The translations under genes and the position numbers were made by a program. A stretch of DNA of 64,000 nucleotides, taken from the NCBI RefSeq assembly GCF_000002075.1, contig NW_004797514.1, positions 262,595 to 326,594 on the forward strand, written 5' to 3'. Shown piece after piece: positions 38,641-53,000 of the stretch. The notes under the pieces were generated by a model that saw only the letters and a list, made by a program, of their open reading frames with translations, did not search any database and was not told where the DNA came from. This DNA comes from Aplysia californica. Lineage: Eukaryota. Numbering within the stretch: position 1 is the stretch's first letter; each line of letters begins with the position of its first letter.

Positions 38641-38892
38641 ATATGGTCGCTTCTAAGGACAAGCGGGTAACCCAGATTTCAGGGGTTTCCAGAAATCTTG
38701 ACCTACACCAAAAGTGGGCATTGCCCTACCTGTAGGAGAAGTACGGTTTCATTGGTGTGTATATTTGTTTGATTATAGAGAAAACTCTCCTTGTCTTTTA
38801 AAGAAACTGAACAAGGGGCAAAAACCTTACCTTCGATTTTCTCAAAACAGCATTTTTCAGGATAGCCCCCTTGTGCTTAAAAACGACCATAT
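38641..38892 (-). mobile_element. MITE with about 23-bp TIRs (second copy at about 14204-14452, plus strand)
   Basis: ATATGGTCGCTTCTAAGGACAAG...CTTGTGCTTAAAAACGACCATAT; body is the reverse complement of the 14.2-14.45 kb sequence. Confidence 0.7.
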
Positions 38893-39934
38893 ATCCTAAT
38901 GACTCTCTCCAAGAGGACCACCTGTCTATGACAACCATTTTCTCCTCAACAATAGGTGGCCATTTGGACAGTTTTGACCGTATAAGCTTAATGTTAATTC
39001 TGTCGCAATTCGAAAAATCTTTTAAAATGATCCACTAGAGCCAAAGTCTATAAAAAATAAGAGGACCTTCAAAGAATCTGTTGGCAACTGCCATCCAGGT
39101 CAAATGAAAGACAAAAGAAAAAAGAAAAATGCAACAAGCAAAACAAAATACCATGCAGAAACATAAAGACTAACAAAGCAAAAAGTAATATATAAAGGAA
39201 CCAAAAAAATACAATACACTACAATGAGGTCAATTTCTCCGACAGTCAGTGACATTGTAATGTTCACATACACGCATGTCATAGCATTTTGTGTTTTGAA
39301 ATCCCCAGAAAAACAAAAATGAATGATCAGACAAAAATACAAGGGCGTAACATTTCCGACAAATAAGATGAGTTACAACATCTTTGGCACAAAAATATTA
39401 TGACAAGTCCAGAGGGCTGGGTAAAGTAATGTGTCACATGATGTAACTAATTACATTTTCAATCAATGTCGCCAGTAATAAGTCACATTTCACAAGAATG
39501 CAACAAACATATAGTGTTAGAAATATGGTGCAGTCTTGAAGAAAGGTGGCCCATGAAACGGAACATAGTACCCCCCTCAAAAAAGTAGAGAATATCAGTT
39601 GTGTTCTTGTGCCTTGAGCAGAATTTTGTTACGAAAGTCAGTTCAGTTAACAAAAACAACATGGGATATTCACCCATTCTCTTTTCATTGTTTGATCGGG
39701 TCAACATTGAGTCAACAAGAAGTACAACTGGAGTAAAGATAAAGATCAAGTCTAGCATGCACAGAGCCAGCAGATTTTCAGGTCTCCAATTTTTTTAACA
39801 AGAATTTTTTTTTTATCCAATATGTATACATAGGGAAATTCAAACATAACGAAAAGATTTTGTATCCAGCCAACTTTGCTGTGTGCATGCTAGACTGACT
39901 GAAATTTCAACAAGAGGGAGGATGAATATCAGTA

Positions 39935-40445
39935 CAGTCGAACCTTCCTTGGCAGTCACCTCTCCATAGCGGCCTCCTGTGCTAACTGCCATCGTTCCAA
40001 GACACCTTTGTATTTTTCCTACATTTTAAATCTGTCCCTGCCAGTCCCTGTCAAATGTGGCCAGGTTTAATCATTTTTCACGACAAGTCAACCTCAAAAC
40101 CAGTTCACAGTAGTCATCTGCTATAAAAATGTTCCACCAACCCGACCTCATTTGTTTGTTTGTTAAAGTAAAGAGAAGCGCACAATAAGAATAATCAACC
40201 TCTGCTCAAACTGAGTGTGTACCTTCAATCAATGCAAAGAATCTCTTATGATAGATAGCAATTTTGATGAAAATGAAATAGAAAGATAAGATCAAGATCT
40301 CAGATTTTAAACAATCTTTTGACTATGTCAAGTCTAGTCTAGTAAGTGACCTGAACTCAGACCCTGCCAATAGAGCCCCCCCCCCTGTCTATAACAGTCG
40401 ATTTTCCCTGTGTTCTTGAGTGTCCGTCATGGGCAGGTTCAACTG
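39935..40445. mobile_element. pogo/Tigger-like MITE
   Basis: TA|CAGTCGAACCT...AGGTTCAACTG|TA; related decayed copies near 41410-41590 and 48781-48975. Confidence 0.65.
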
Positions 40446-40499
40446 TAGAATCACAGACAGATGTTCCCCATGAGCCACCCTATAGAGGAGGAAACAAAC

Positions 40500-40793
40500 C
40501 AAAGATCGTATATAACAAGATAGTTTACTCAGCCAAAAAAAGGTGTCCGTGGAAGTCTGCGCATTGGTTCAGATGGCGCTGCAGTCTTTGTTCTGAAACT
40601 TTCTTTCGTTTCTCCACAAGAAAAATAGGAATAGCACAATTTCTTAGTTTCCCTTTTATTGTTTTTCACACAAGTAGGGTAACTCTGTTTGCAAAGTCCG
40701 CACTTTTTGAAGAGGGCGCCACCGGTTTTTTAAGGACACTTTTTTAATTGGCTCAAAGAGAGGAGTGGACTATCTTGTTATGTACGATCTTTG
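40500..40793 (+). mobile_element. P-element-like MITE, short form
   Basis: 31-bp TIRs; TSD AACAAAC/AACAAGC (1 mismatch). Confidence 0.85.
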
Positions 40794-42004
40794 AACAAGC
40801 ACAAGAGCATAAACAAATATTGTAGGAAATAGAAAGTACAAGGTGCTGTATTTATGTACACACCATTATCTTTTTCGTTTGAGATTTTCAGGGAAGATGA
40901 AAGCTGGGTGTAGCTGACCTTTGTGGGAGAAGTTGGGAGTCATCACCTCGTGGAGATTTCTCTGTACTTTAATAATAATAATTTCATTCATGTAGTGCAC
41001 ATATATATGCTCTACAGCAAGTGCATCACAATTATTATTATCCCAGCATACAATAGAATACTCAGAAACATTCTCAGTTTCATAAGAAGCATACAATTCA
41101 AGCAGCCATTTAAGTGCTCAAACAGTAAGAAACTCACAATATCTTTCGTTCTCTACCAGTTCCCATCTGGGTGAAAGGAGGAAAATTGGTGTAATGTGCC
41201 TTTCCCAAGGATACAATGTCAGGCCCCTGATGGGGTTTGAACCCATGACCTTTCAGTTACAAGCTCATCAGACTTTTCCTGTGTGTAGCTACCCCTGCCT
41301 TCGCTGGAAGTCACATGAGTTCTTAATTGAGAATCTTCACCTCAATAAATAGTGAAACAATAGTAAAGATAAAGACATGACTTCAACATCATGGAGGACT
41401 CATATTGAATACAGTCGAATCTTGTTTAGCAACCACAAATCCAAGGCAACAATTACCTGTAAAATTGACCCCTTCTCACCTTCCCCCTTGCCTCTTTTTA
41501 TTACAACAACACTGTCCAAGAGGACCACCTGTCTAAGATGACCATTTTTCTCCTGGACAATGGATTGTCATCTATGACAGGTTCAATTGTGATAAACAAA
41601 TATTGCACACTTTAAGAACTTCACAGGTCGGTGGGACAAAGAGCCCTAATGAACACTGTACACAGCATTGAGCACCCCACATTGCAGTGACAAAAAAATG
41701 TGTTTTGTTAATTAAATTACAACATCATACAGCACACACCTTCTGAATAAAGTATAAGACAAATGACTGAACAGACTGAGGACATTAGCTCCCCATGATT
41801 TAGAATGTTCATGCGAGAGTCATTTTTGCAGTCAAAAGAAAAGAAGAAGAAACAGTAAGCATTCATCGCTGTTGGCCTCCCAGCACAAAAAGACGACACA
41901 CCTGCACTTTTCAGACAGTACAAAATGCCCCCCTGGAAAGAATACAGATCAATGGCTGGGTGTAAGACTACAACATACAGCTAAATTGCCCAATCGCATT
42001 TGTC

Positions 42005-42180
42005 AGTTAGTTGTAGTAAGTGTTTTACGGCACTTGCAACACAATAAGGTCATATAAGTGCTGAAGATTAGAGGTGTTACAAGAGAGCAACAAACACAAA
42101 AGAGAAGAAAGGGAGATAAGGACTATAGGTGTCTGATAAGAAAAAAGAAGCAAACCACACCAGAGCACCCGCCAACCACT
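42005..42180 (-). mobile_element. Family A copy (decayed copies also at about 11640-11765 and 35775-35922)
   Basis: Colinear similarity to 12304-12490. Confidence 0.75.
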
Positions 42181-43896
42181 CTTACATTCAGCCATCAAGA
42201 CGTAAAAACAAGATTGACAAAGAAAGAGAGCAAATGAAAATTCTCAAATAAAATCTCCAGTAAAGACAAGGACTGGGACAGGAAGAGGAAAGGAAAACCA
42301 GGAAAAATGAGACACAACATTTACTATGAATAGTAACAATAATAATAATAATAATAATAATAATTGCATTTATATAGCACATATCCACACTCTTCAGCAT
42401 ACTCAATGCACTTTACAGCTATTATAAACCCAACAGACCCTAGAAGAACGTTCAGAAACATTCTCAGCTTCACAGGAAGCAGAAAGTGCAAGCTGCGGAT
42501 TACACGCGCTAAAACACTAGCAAACTGAAAAGATCTTTCGCTGTCTATAGCTGGGTACACCTAATACTGTGGGGTAGTAAATGAACATCTTACACGAGTA
42601 CACTATAAAATATTAAATGACTTCAAAGTTACATAAAACAGGAGAAATACAACTTATGAAAAACACAGACCGTGAAGAACAATGCTGATCATAAGCAAAA
42701 AGTTGACAGCACCAGTTTAGTATTTGTGCTACACAAACATTTCAACGGCTGAATGCAAGACTACCACAAACGTCATTTTGCAATTTGGTAGTTATAAGTC
42801 TTGCACGCAGCCATCAACACTCACTGGAAACTTCCGGTACAATACATGCAAAAATGAGCCTTATCCAGTTTTTAAAAAAAGCAGAAACCAAGTATTTAGT
42901 TATTTTTTTACAAAAGGAAGACAATGTTTTGCATCAAAAGAAAAGGTGAGATCTTGAGTCAAATCTGTGCTTTACAAAGAAAAATATAATGGACATCAAA
43001 AAAATCTGTTAAATCTCTGATGAGACAATTAACATACTTGGAAATATAAACAATAAGCCATGAAATCTGTATTTAAGTGTCAAAGCTTTATAAGAACAAA
43101 AGACCCCCATGGTCTCCGCTCCTTTCAAACCAAAGATGTCAATTACAGGGCATCTCCCATTCTAGGCTTTCTGTCTGAGAAAAGGCCGGCCCAGCACAGA
43201 GTACCACCAATCAGCCCACCATTCACACAGGATTACAGAAAATCTGGGTTCTGCTTGAAGAGCGGTAATTTAACCTCCCTCGTATACTTCACTACCAACC
43301 TCGTATCCTTCACTACCAAAAAGGATAAAATATAAAATCAACAGCAGGCCGCGTCATACTGCCTGTCAGCAGCCAATAATAGCAAAGAAACCTCTTTATT
43401 ATACATTCAAGATTTTTGCAAAAGTTATGTGCCTTCATTTACTTATTGCCTCTACATGTCAATTACAAAGGAGATGATTCGCTTTCCATATCTTACCCAA
43501 AGATGGTATTGTTTTGCACCAAAATAAAAAGAAATATGTACTCGAGAGTCAGTAGTAGCTCAGCAGAGGAACTAGCAACAGAGGGCATCACAGGCTATGG
43601 AAAAAAATATAATCTAAAACTTTTCAGACCCCGTGAAAATGCATGCACGGGGACTGGACGCTTACAGGTCATATTATTGTCTCATACAAATTGTATCAAG
43701 ACTATTTCTATAAAAGAGCAAAATGACAAGCACGAATCTGACAAAATCTGAACAATTTCAGAAATCCAAGTTTCCGAATTAATCCAGAAAATCAGCATCT
43801 CTGTAACAATCAACAGGAAACCCGCACCTTGCATCTTTCCTTCTTCAGGTTCGCAAGCATTCACTAAAACAAAAAATTTGATTTTTTTTTAAAACT

Positions 43897-44085
43897 TCAG
43901 ACGTCGTCAAACAAAATAATGTTGTCATCCAGGATCCGAGCAGCTATTTCTCCCACGGGTCCCTTCTCTTCTCGAATAGTGACGAGCAGCGGCCCGAGGC
44001 GGGAGCTGATGGCCATCCGGAAGGACACGGTGTCTGGATAGTTCCGCATGAAGTTCTCCACAAGACCCAGCATCTCCACCCGCAC
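43897..44085 (-). CDS. NCKIPSD: NCKIPSD exon 12 (stop)
   Basis: VRVEMLGLVENFMRNY...ILDDNIILFDDV*. Confidence 0.85.
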   Translation of the reverse strand: MRVEMLGLVENFMRNYPDTVSFRMAISSRLGPLLVTIREEKGPVGEIAARILDDNIILFDDV

Positions 44086-47000
44086 CTGGACAGGAATGGA
44101 GAAGAGAAAGTTGTTGCGGAGAGGTAGCTTGAGGTGAGACTGCAAGATTTCTTTTCTAATGTATGTGTTTTACACCCCCATTGACACAATTTGGATCATT
44201 TACAAGGCAGACTTCAGCCTTGCTGGTCAGGGCTAGCCCAGGCTGATAGGGATACAATATACCAGCAGAAAGGTCGAGATATTCAATAAAACTTCTTCCC
44301 ACATGGGAATTGAACTCAGGTCTACCTAAGCGCCCAACCGCTACACTATCCTGCCGACAACAAGATAAAAGCCACATTTTCACGAACACATTAGGAGAAT
44401 AAAAAGATGAAAAGAAGTAGAGTAGAGGGAGTAGATCACACCTGAGTGTCAGCCAAACGTACATACAGGAAAAGATTTAGTCTCCTATGTAGGAACACTT
44501 TGTCATAATAAGCAATGAGGGTTGCTTATCTGATGCAGCAGAAACTCATTTCCTACAGGAACAATGAGACAAACCCAGAAATAATATTTTTGACCACTCA
44601 TTTCCAATATCTAATCTTACTTAAATAATACAGTAAACATTGTTTATTTTTTATTTTTCCGTATTTTGTACAGTAAAAGGCTCAAAGGATTAAGAAAGAA
44701 CACAGTGAGAAGCCCAATTAAGACATGACAGAGAATTAAAAGCGTTGAAATTTCCCTTCAATGGGTCCTATCTTAGTGCAACTATCAGTCTTTATAAACA
44801 AAGGCATCAAACTACAAAACACACCGGATCATCTCGGCCCAAATCTCGGAGATATTCCTCAAATATACCGATGAGAGCCTCCACATCATTAGTGTAGAGC
44901 AGGTCAGAGGTGTCTGGGTGGTCGTACATATGAGTCAACAACAGGATCACGGAGTTACACTTAGGCTGTATACCAGAGTTGAGCACAGATGTCGGGTCCT
45001 CTGTAGAGAGAAGGGTAAACCCACCAACATATGTTAATACACAAGAACTTCAGTTTGTCAAGTTGTACCTAAACTCAAAACTGCTGTAACTATGTGCATC
45101 AATTATGCAAGCGATCTTTTCAGACCACAAAAAAAATCCCCAAAAACCCAAAACCATGCTTTGCAACTGTTACCTTCGATAAGAGGATTTATATAAAGCA
45201 TATAAATAATTACTGCAAAGAAAACTTTATATTTAATTGCTGATGAAAATATTTCTCAAAGCAAAGGCAACCACAACTAAATGATGTAACTCTCACTTAT
45301 TAATTGACGAATGATATACATTTCTGATGCAATAAAGATGACATTGATAGAGTTCATATTTCTCAGCAAAAGCAACAACAACTAAATGATGCAACTCTCA
45401 CGTATTTGATTCAAGGTAGCAGAGTTCAATGACCAGGAGTGCCTCTGGGATTTTGTGAAAATAATTGGAAATTAATGAAGTTGCATTTGCAAGCAATGAG
45501 ACAGTTAATAGAAACAACTAATATGGGGTTAAACAGAAAAGATATGTTGAGAATAATACTCTAACACGCACATAGCGAAATCTGCGTGATTCGTTATCTT
45601 TTTGTTATGTACAAATTTTGTTATCATGTACGTATATTAAATACAAAGAATTTACATATGTATAAGAAAAAATTCAGGACCTGAAAATCTGTTCACTATG
45701 TGCATGATTCGTTATATAAGTGCTAGACTGTAATTGTTCTGCAAATGGATTTTGAAGAAATTAAAAGAAATAATTGAAAAAAAAAGAAGAAAAGGCATCC
45801 CTGAATGACCTGTCCAGTAGCCCTTACCGTGCTTGGAGAGGAACATGAGAGCAGACTCGATCAAGGTGTGACCCTGGGCCATTTTCAGTGCCTCTGTGAC
45901 GGGGTTCTGGGAGGTCCCCTGGTGCTGCAAGTGGTAGGCACAGACCAGCGCCACCACCACCTCCACGTCGCTGTCTCGACTCACCTCCGCAAGGTTCTCA
46001 ATCATGCCCAGTAGCCAGATGAAGAAGTGGAGATCCATGGCCACTGGGAAGAGACAGAAGCAACAAACAATTTCCATGTGCTCTATAAACCAAAGTTTCC
46101 ACTTCAAACTCTAAACCTGAATTAATAGAAATTTAAGACTATAGTCATGAAGCAAAGATGAAATGCAACAAAGGTGTGACTCTTTCACATATATGTCTAT
46201 TTAATGAACTCATCAAAGAAACTATGATTTATTTTGACCTTTCTTGCCTTTCAAACAAAAATCCCCAAAACAAGGTATGAGACAGCTTTCTAAAAATAAT
46301 TTAAGCCAAGTGACAAATACAGTCAAGCACACATACAGCAAATTTGGAAGGACTCTGAAATCTTTTCATTACGTATGTGTTTTGCCATGTACGTGTTCTA
46401 GAAACAATCAACATACATCTATAAAAGAAAATACGGGACTTGAAAATCCGTTCGCTATATACATAATATTCTTTATGTGCATGCAAGACTGTACTTGTAA
46501 CGATAACGTTTCAAAATATTAAGACATACAGCTTAAGAATTCAACCAGCGGTTTCCAAACATGAATTGATAATCCCATATCACAAACCCAAAGGAAAGCA
46601 AAAACAAAAATATGACATACTACAGGAAACCGCAGTTTCAGTACATAGGTACTCTGTACTATCAAAATACACTGACAGTCACAAAATTACACTTACAGCT
46701 CAGTTTGTGAGGGGAGGGTTTTGCTCTCATGAAAATAATTCCAAGTGTTTTGGAGACTAGTAGAAATCTGGCATCATCTGTGCAACAAAAACAAAAATTA
46801 TGAGGAACTAGTAACATCTCCAGAAGAAAAATAGACTTTACAAAGATAGGTCGACATATTGTCAATTTGTGCTGCCGAAGAATTACATGTACCGGCACAT
46901 ACTTTTTTAAAACATCTTTCATTTCAAACAAGTACCAGAACATTAGGAGAACCTGATCATCTCAAAACTGTAATTCTATAAAGAAAAAAAAAGGATCTCG

Positions 47001-50000
47001 AGTCCAGAGAGTCTAAAACTGATGCCATTAACACTTTCAAGGCAACAAAGGACAAACCAAAAACACAAAATTAATAAAAGCGTCCACTAATATTTTAACT
47101 GACATGAATACTCAAAAAAAAAAATATTTCCAACTAACTGCGTTCAAGACACTCCTTATATGTAGGGAAAGATCAAAGATAAAATAATTTTCTTTATATA
47201 ATTTAACATAATCCTTCAGTACATGAACGGTAAAAGAGTGAAAACATTTTGAAACAAACAGTAGATGTCACCCGGGAACGCAAAAGTTTTTAACTTTTAA
47301 GTTGTACAGTTTACATAATTTAAGAAACACCCCTGCAACTTGCAGAATTACACAACAGTTGAGTGGTAAGTGAAGAATTTTATTAACATACACCATTATT
47401 GCTCTTTTTATCGAAACAGTAGGTCAAAGTAGCCAAACGGATTTGTTAATTAAAGGCTGGAGGAAGTGGAAAGTATAGTATTTAAAAAATCCAAAATGTC
47501 ACTTGAAAACAAAAGTACATGTAATTCCATCTCATATCTCCAGCCTTCGACTCTTTTTAAATAGTCGAAATTGTCTGAGACAGCCACCCATTATCGAAGA
47601 GAAAAGTCGTTGTCTCAGACAGGTGTGTGTTTTGAACAATGTCATTATTATAATATTTTGTTTTAATGTAAGGGGGGAGGTGGGAAGTGGTCATTTTGTA
47701 CAGGTGGCTGTCTCAGACAGGTGGTCTTTAAAACAGGTTCCATTGTACTTCCACCTCATATCTCCAGTCACTGACTCTTTCTAAATATTTGTTTGCACAA
47801 CTTTCTACCACCCTACCATTGTGATGCTGCTGCATCTCAGCAACCAGCTCCTGGGGCAGCTCTGAGTAGAGAAACTCCAAGATGGCTTGAGGGTTGAGAC
47901 GACAGATGATCTCAATCAAAAGAAGTAGGCAGGAGTGAATGATCCAACGTGTCTCCTGTACGAAAAGGAGATCAAAGTCACATTAAAACTTTACTCTCAC
48001 TTCTCGGTTTTGTCACAAGCTGGTAGCATACATATTCAAAAGCAACTTTTTTTCACAGCGTGTAAACTTCTTTATCACTGTTCTTTTTATTGACAATACA
48101 GAAGATTTTAGATTTCCTCTTTCTGCGGAGAAGCATAGACTTCGTTACAATCACATTTTCTTCCAAAAATAGAAAATTTAAACCTTTCCACAATAATATG
48201 AGAAAGATCCTCTAAGCATATTTTGCTTTTGATTGCATAATCAGTGAAATTTCTTATTTGATTGATTAAAATCAAATATCAAGGTTAAGGCCCTTGACTA
48301 TCTGCAGTTTAAACAGCTAGACAAGAAAGCCAAATTATTATATAAATACAAATTTTTAAAAACATCTTGAACACTTTTCAAAGTTTAAAACTATTATGGC
48401 AACAAAGAACACAATATTTTTTTTCCAGAAACCATTTTCTCAACACAAATATACCTCTATACACTGCCGTTAAAAACAAATTTCTACGCAACACTATACA
48501 ATGAAATGTAGATATTAGAGGAGAGTTCTTTAACATTAAATATTATAACTACGCACTCATAGCCCATTCTTTTTCATAATTTAGAGACAAAAGTTGCGGG
48601 GTAGGATATCATTTACCCAGTACTTTAAATGTCTAATCTTCAAAAATTACCATTTGATAATATTTGGCAATGAGCTCCATCATATGGTAGCCATCCTTCT
48701 GAATGGCAGCAACACTGACACAGTGCTTGGCATTACTCTGAAGGAGAAACAGAAATCAAAGAGATATACAGTAGTACATATACAGTCGAAGCTGTCCACG
48801 ACGACAATCCCTTGTCCACAAAAGTAATCATCTTAGACGAACGGTCCTTGAACAGTGTCATTATAATATAGAAAAACACAGTGTCATTATAATATAGATA
48901 AACACAAGGGTGGAAATGGGAACTGGTCATTTGTACAGGTTGTCTTGGACAGGTAGTCATCAGAGCAGGTTAAGTTGTTTGTGTAAAAAACCTTGACAAT
49001 CAAGCATTCACAAAAAATTAAGTGAAAAGAAAAAATAACAAAACAAGCAGCTTTTTATCTGCTTTCAAATATTAATATAAACGAATACCTGAAGAGTAAG
49101 CTGAAGTAAGTTGTTATATTATGTAAAGGTAACGAACAACAGATAACTATAGACAATTAACAAGAGTTGGGCTAACTCTTGAACTTAGTGAAGTTTCTGG
49201 AACATACTGCTTTGCAGTCCAGAAGTGATACTGACAAACAAAACCAAATCATTATTATAATTATTATCATACACAGTTAAATAAACATCAAGTCAGTGAC
49301 ATTTCCTTTTGTGGAAATACCCATGACAGAAACATCCCAAAAGTAAGCCCAACATAGAAATATTCTCCTTCTGCAGCATACATTGATAGACAAACTATTA
49401 TTATTATAATTGTATCATAGTTCTTTCTTACTGTGGGAATGCGTGAGAGCACATTAACTTTGTAACACCACTGTCAATGTTAACAACCAAGACAAATTTC
49501 TCCCTGTGAGATGAATAAATATTGTCATTGTCATTATTAGCACCCCTAAAACAAAGCTTTTAAGAATTACCAGTGTCTCTGACAAGCCAGTGATGATGTC
49601 AATGATATTGTCAAGGTCATCCTCCAGATAGTGGCCTCGTTGCTGTGAGTCATTGGTTACTGCGGAAAGTTCGGCCATGAGGCGATCCATAGTCACTGTG
49701 TCTTCACACTGGTAGTCTCGCCCTGTGCTGTGGCACTGGAGAATACAGTAACAAAGGAGGTCTCTCACTGATTCATTGTTTGGATTTTTTTCCAATGCAT
49801 GTTTACTAATCCCTTTTGATACAATTTAGATCATTTAGGAGGCGGACTTTGACCCTGTCTATCACAGCCAACCCAGGTTGAGAGGGATGCAATGTCCCAA
49901 CAGAAAGTGATACCTGATTGAATTTCTTACCTCAGAAGGATTGAACATGGGTCTTCTGCATGCAACAGCAAAGCTACTTACTGCCATACAGACACCCGGG

Positions 50001-53000
50001 CACTATTTGTCATCAATTAAGACTGTAACGAACTTAAGTAAAAAATGAAACAGAACTCTTCAAAAGTTTGGAAAGCAATTGCTCAAATCCATGCTGTGAT
50101 CACATCCCCCCCTCCCTCCCCCTTCAACTAACTCAAGACTTTGAAACTGGCCAATCAAAAAGATTGTTAAAATAGGAACAGTCTAATAAAAAGGAAGCAG
50201 AATAAAGAAGCTAAATGTATCCTTCCAATGAGATAATTGTAACTAAATAGAGGGACAGGGTGTCTAAATTAAAATTCAGATGGACCCGAGTAGTTCTGAT
50301 GAAAAAACACCATCAAAAAACAATACATTTAGAGAAGATGTGAACACGCAAGTCCAACTCAAGGCAAAAACACACTTCTGTACACACCTTGTGAGCCATA
50401 TTGAAGCGCAGGGCTAGCACCTCAAGCGATGGCTTAATGTGTGGCACCTTGTCCGCTAGCAAGTTCATGGCCGACATCAGGGCCCAGTGACTGTCCTCGT
50501 GGCTGAGATTTGTCATTTTCCTAAACTGGATAGGGAAAACAGGGGTCAACATGTTACCTCATAGTCTACTTAAACATCAGTTTCACAGCATCTAAAACAC
50601 CTCTACAGAAATCTGCAAAAGCGATTTACTTCAAAGCTTTTGTATTAAAAAGTAAAGCACTTAAAGTTTATTCATTTGAAGCAAAAAACTAGGCTCACGA
50701 CATTCAATATTAACAGTTCTGATCAATATCTCTCGTCAGTCTACTTCATTTAGTAATAGGACAAAAATATAGCCTAAAATATGAATCCCTCACTTCTCCA
50801 ATCATTTCCTCACAGTCAGCGTGAGTCACATCCACACCATGGGCCTGAGCTTTCTCATAATTTTCGACAGACATTTTCCTCGCTTCTAGATCATCTCCTT
50901 TTCCATCATCCTGTAGAAGAGACGTCAGGATTCCAGGGTCTCGTCTTGTCTTTTTGGTAACCTTTACCTTGTGAGACGACGGCAATTGTAAGGACCCTCT
51001 GCGATAAAATGAAGAAGCACACAACACATAGAAAGGAGTTAGCATGAATAACACAAGAAATAAATGCATATTATTTCTAGTACTAACAATGAGCCCAGCT
51101 TACTAGAACTTAAGGACACAAGACAAATGTTATCGAACACATTAAAAGGAAAATAAAAGACATAAGCTATTCACTAATCTAACTGTGCTGATTAAACATA
51201 TCTAGTGGAGAACCAAATCTCCCTTTCTTTTTAAATAAAAAACTTCCTATTTTCCTTTTTCCTGTAATGCTTTTTTTTCTTTAAGCAAAACAATTATTAT
51301 CATGTTGATACATCATCTACCTAACTTACAAATATCTAGCACTAAATCACAATACAGGACAAACAACAAAGAAAAAAAAAGGAAAAAATAAGATTTAAGT
51401 CACTAGTTACTTGACTTTAGAGTAAGTCACATACATTTGATGTTCGTCTACCATGGGAACTTTGCCAAAACATCCAGCAATTTCTTACAAGTGTCCCTTG
51501 TTATAACTGCTTATTCATAAAAACAACAAACTACTTATATTTAAGAGCATGAATATCCCTTAATTTTATGAACAATCTCCCCTGTTCAAAACGAGACATA
51601 GCGAGCTTATTTCCAATATGTTTGTAATTTCAGGAAGAATAGCAACTGGTGCTCCACATCTGGGCCATGAGATAAAGTAGACAAACCTAACAAGTAATTT
51701 TGCTTTCCCCATCAATGCACACTGGCCATAAAATGTGGACATTTTTACTACAATATAACATTTTCCATAATGTTTCTCAAGTGAAAAGGTCCCCAGTGAG
51801 CTGTATTTTATCAGAACTGTTGATTCCATCTGTAACAGTAGAGTACCATACACAGAGTACTTACTGAGCAAAGAAAGGCCCATCTGGAATAAACTTGGGC
51901 TGGAAATCATCACAGGAACACTCTTCAATGGCTTTCTTCTTGTACCGCTGAATCTCCTCAGAGTTTGAGCTGTTGAACAGTTGTACACTGCCGCTGATTT
52001 CTTCTGTGGGTGTCAGATCGATTGGTGCCGGGGGCAGGGAGTTGTCCACTGCAAACTGTTCATCATTTATATCATCGTACACTTCAGGTGGTGGCGGGGG
52101 GAAGTCATCTAGGGGAAGCTCGAAATCATTCACTGCAGACATGGTAGATGCGGTGCTCTCATAACTCTCCTCCATATTGCCAGACTGTAGCGGAGGGGGC
52201 AGAGGGTCTACATCATCCTCCCTACTAGACGCTGCGACATTATCAGCAGTTGTACATGGCGGTGGAGGTGGCTGAGATTCATATTGTTCTGGACAGGTTT
52301 CTTCAACAGGTGGAGGGGGAGGGTCGTCTTCACTTTGCAACCTGCCCGTGCTATGTTTAGAACTCGTTTCGCTGCTCGCTTCAGATGCGTTCTCGCAGTC
52401 TTTCACACTGGACTGCTCTGGCATCTGCTCCGTTGGTGGCAAGTCCTCACATGGTTCATCCATCTCAAAGGGATTGTTGTTCTCAAGCGAGTAGCTATCG
52501 TCTGTTGTGGTGAACTCACTGGCATTACTGGAGACTGAGGAAACTAAAGAGGAAGGCTGACCTATGTTGTTGGTTAAGCTTACACTTCGTGTGACATTCT
52601 CATCTACAACATTTTCTTTCTTTACGTTCTCTGTCTGCAAAGACATTCTCTTCGGGTCAACAGTTCTACTGGAGGAACTTTTGTCAAGCTTCGATTGGCT
52701 GGACGTCTTTTTGTGATCAGCCCTTTTTTCATCCCCTCTGTTGGAGCCTGTGCCTGGAGGGTTGGCTAAAGTGGCACTGCGACCCACCGCACCCAAAGAT
52801 GCAGGTCTACCACCCGATGTTGCATCCAAACTGGCGCTTCTGTCCACAGGTGGAGCAGGCGCTGGACGTCTTCGCCCTGACGACTTCCCTGAGCTCCCCT
52901 CAGATGCAGATGCACTTTTTATTACATCGGCTCTGTGCTTCACAAGTTTCCTAAAGAAACAGAAGAGACAAACAATTTTTTTTCCATGTTGACTTAACAC

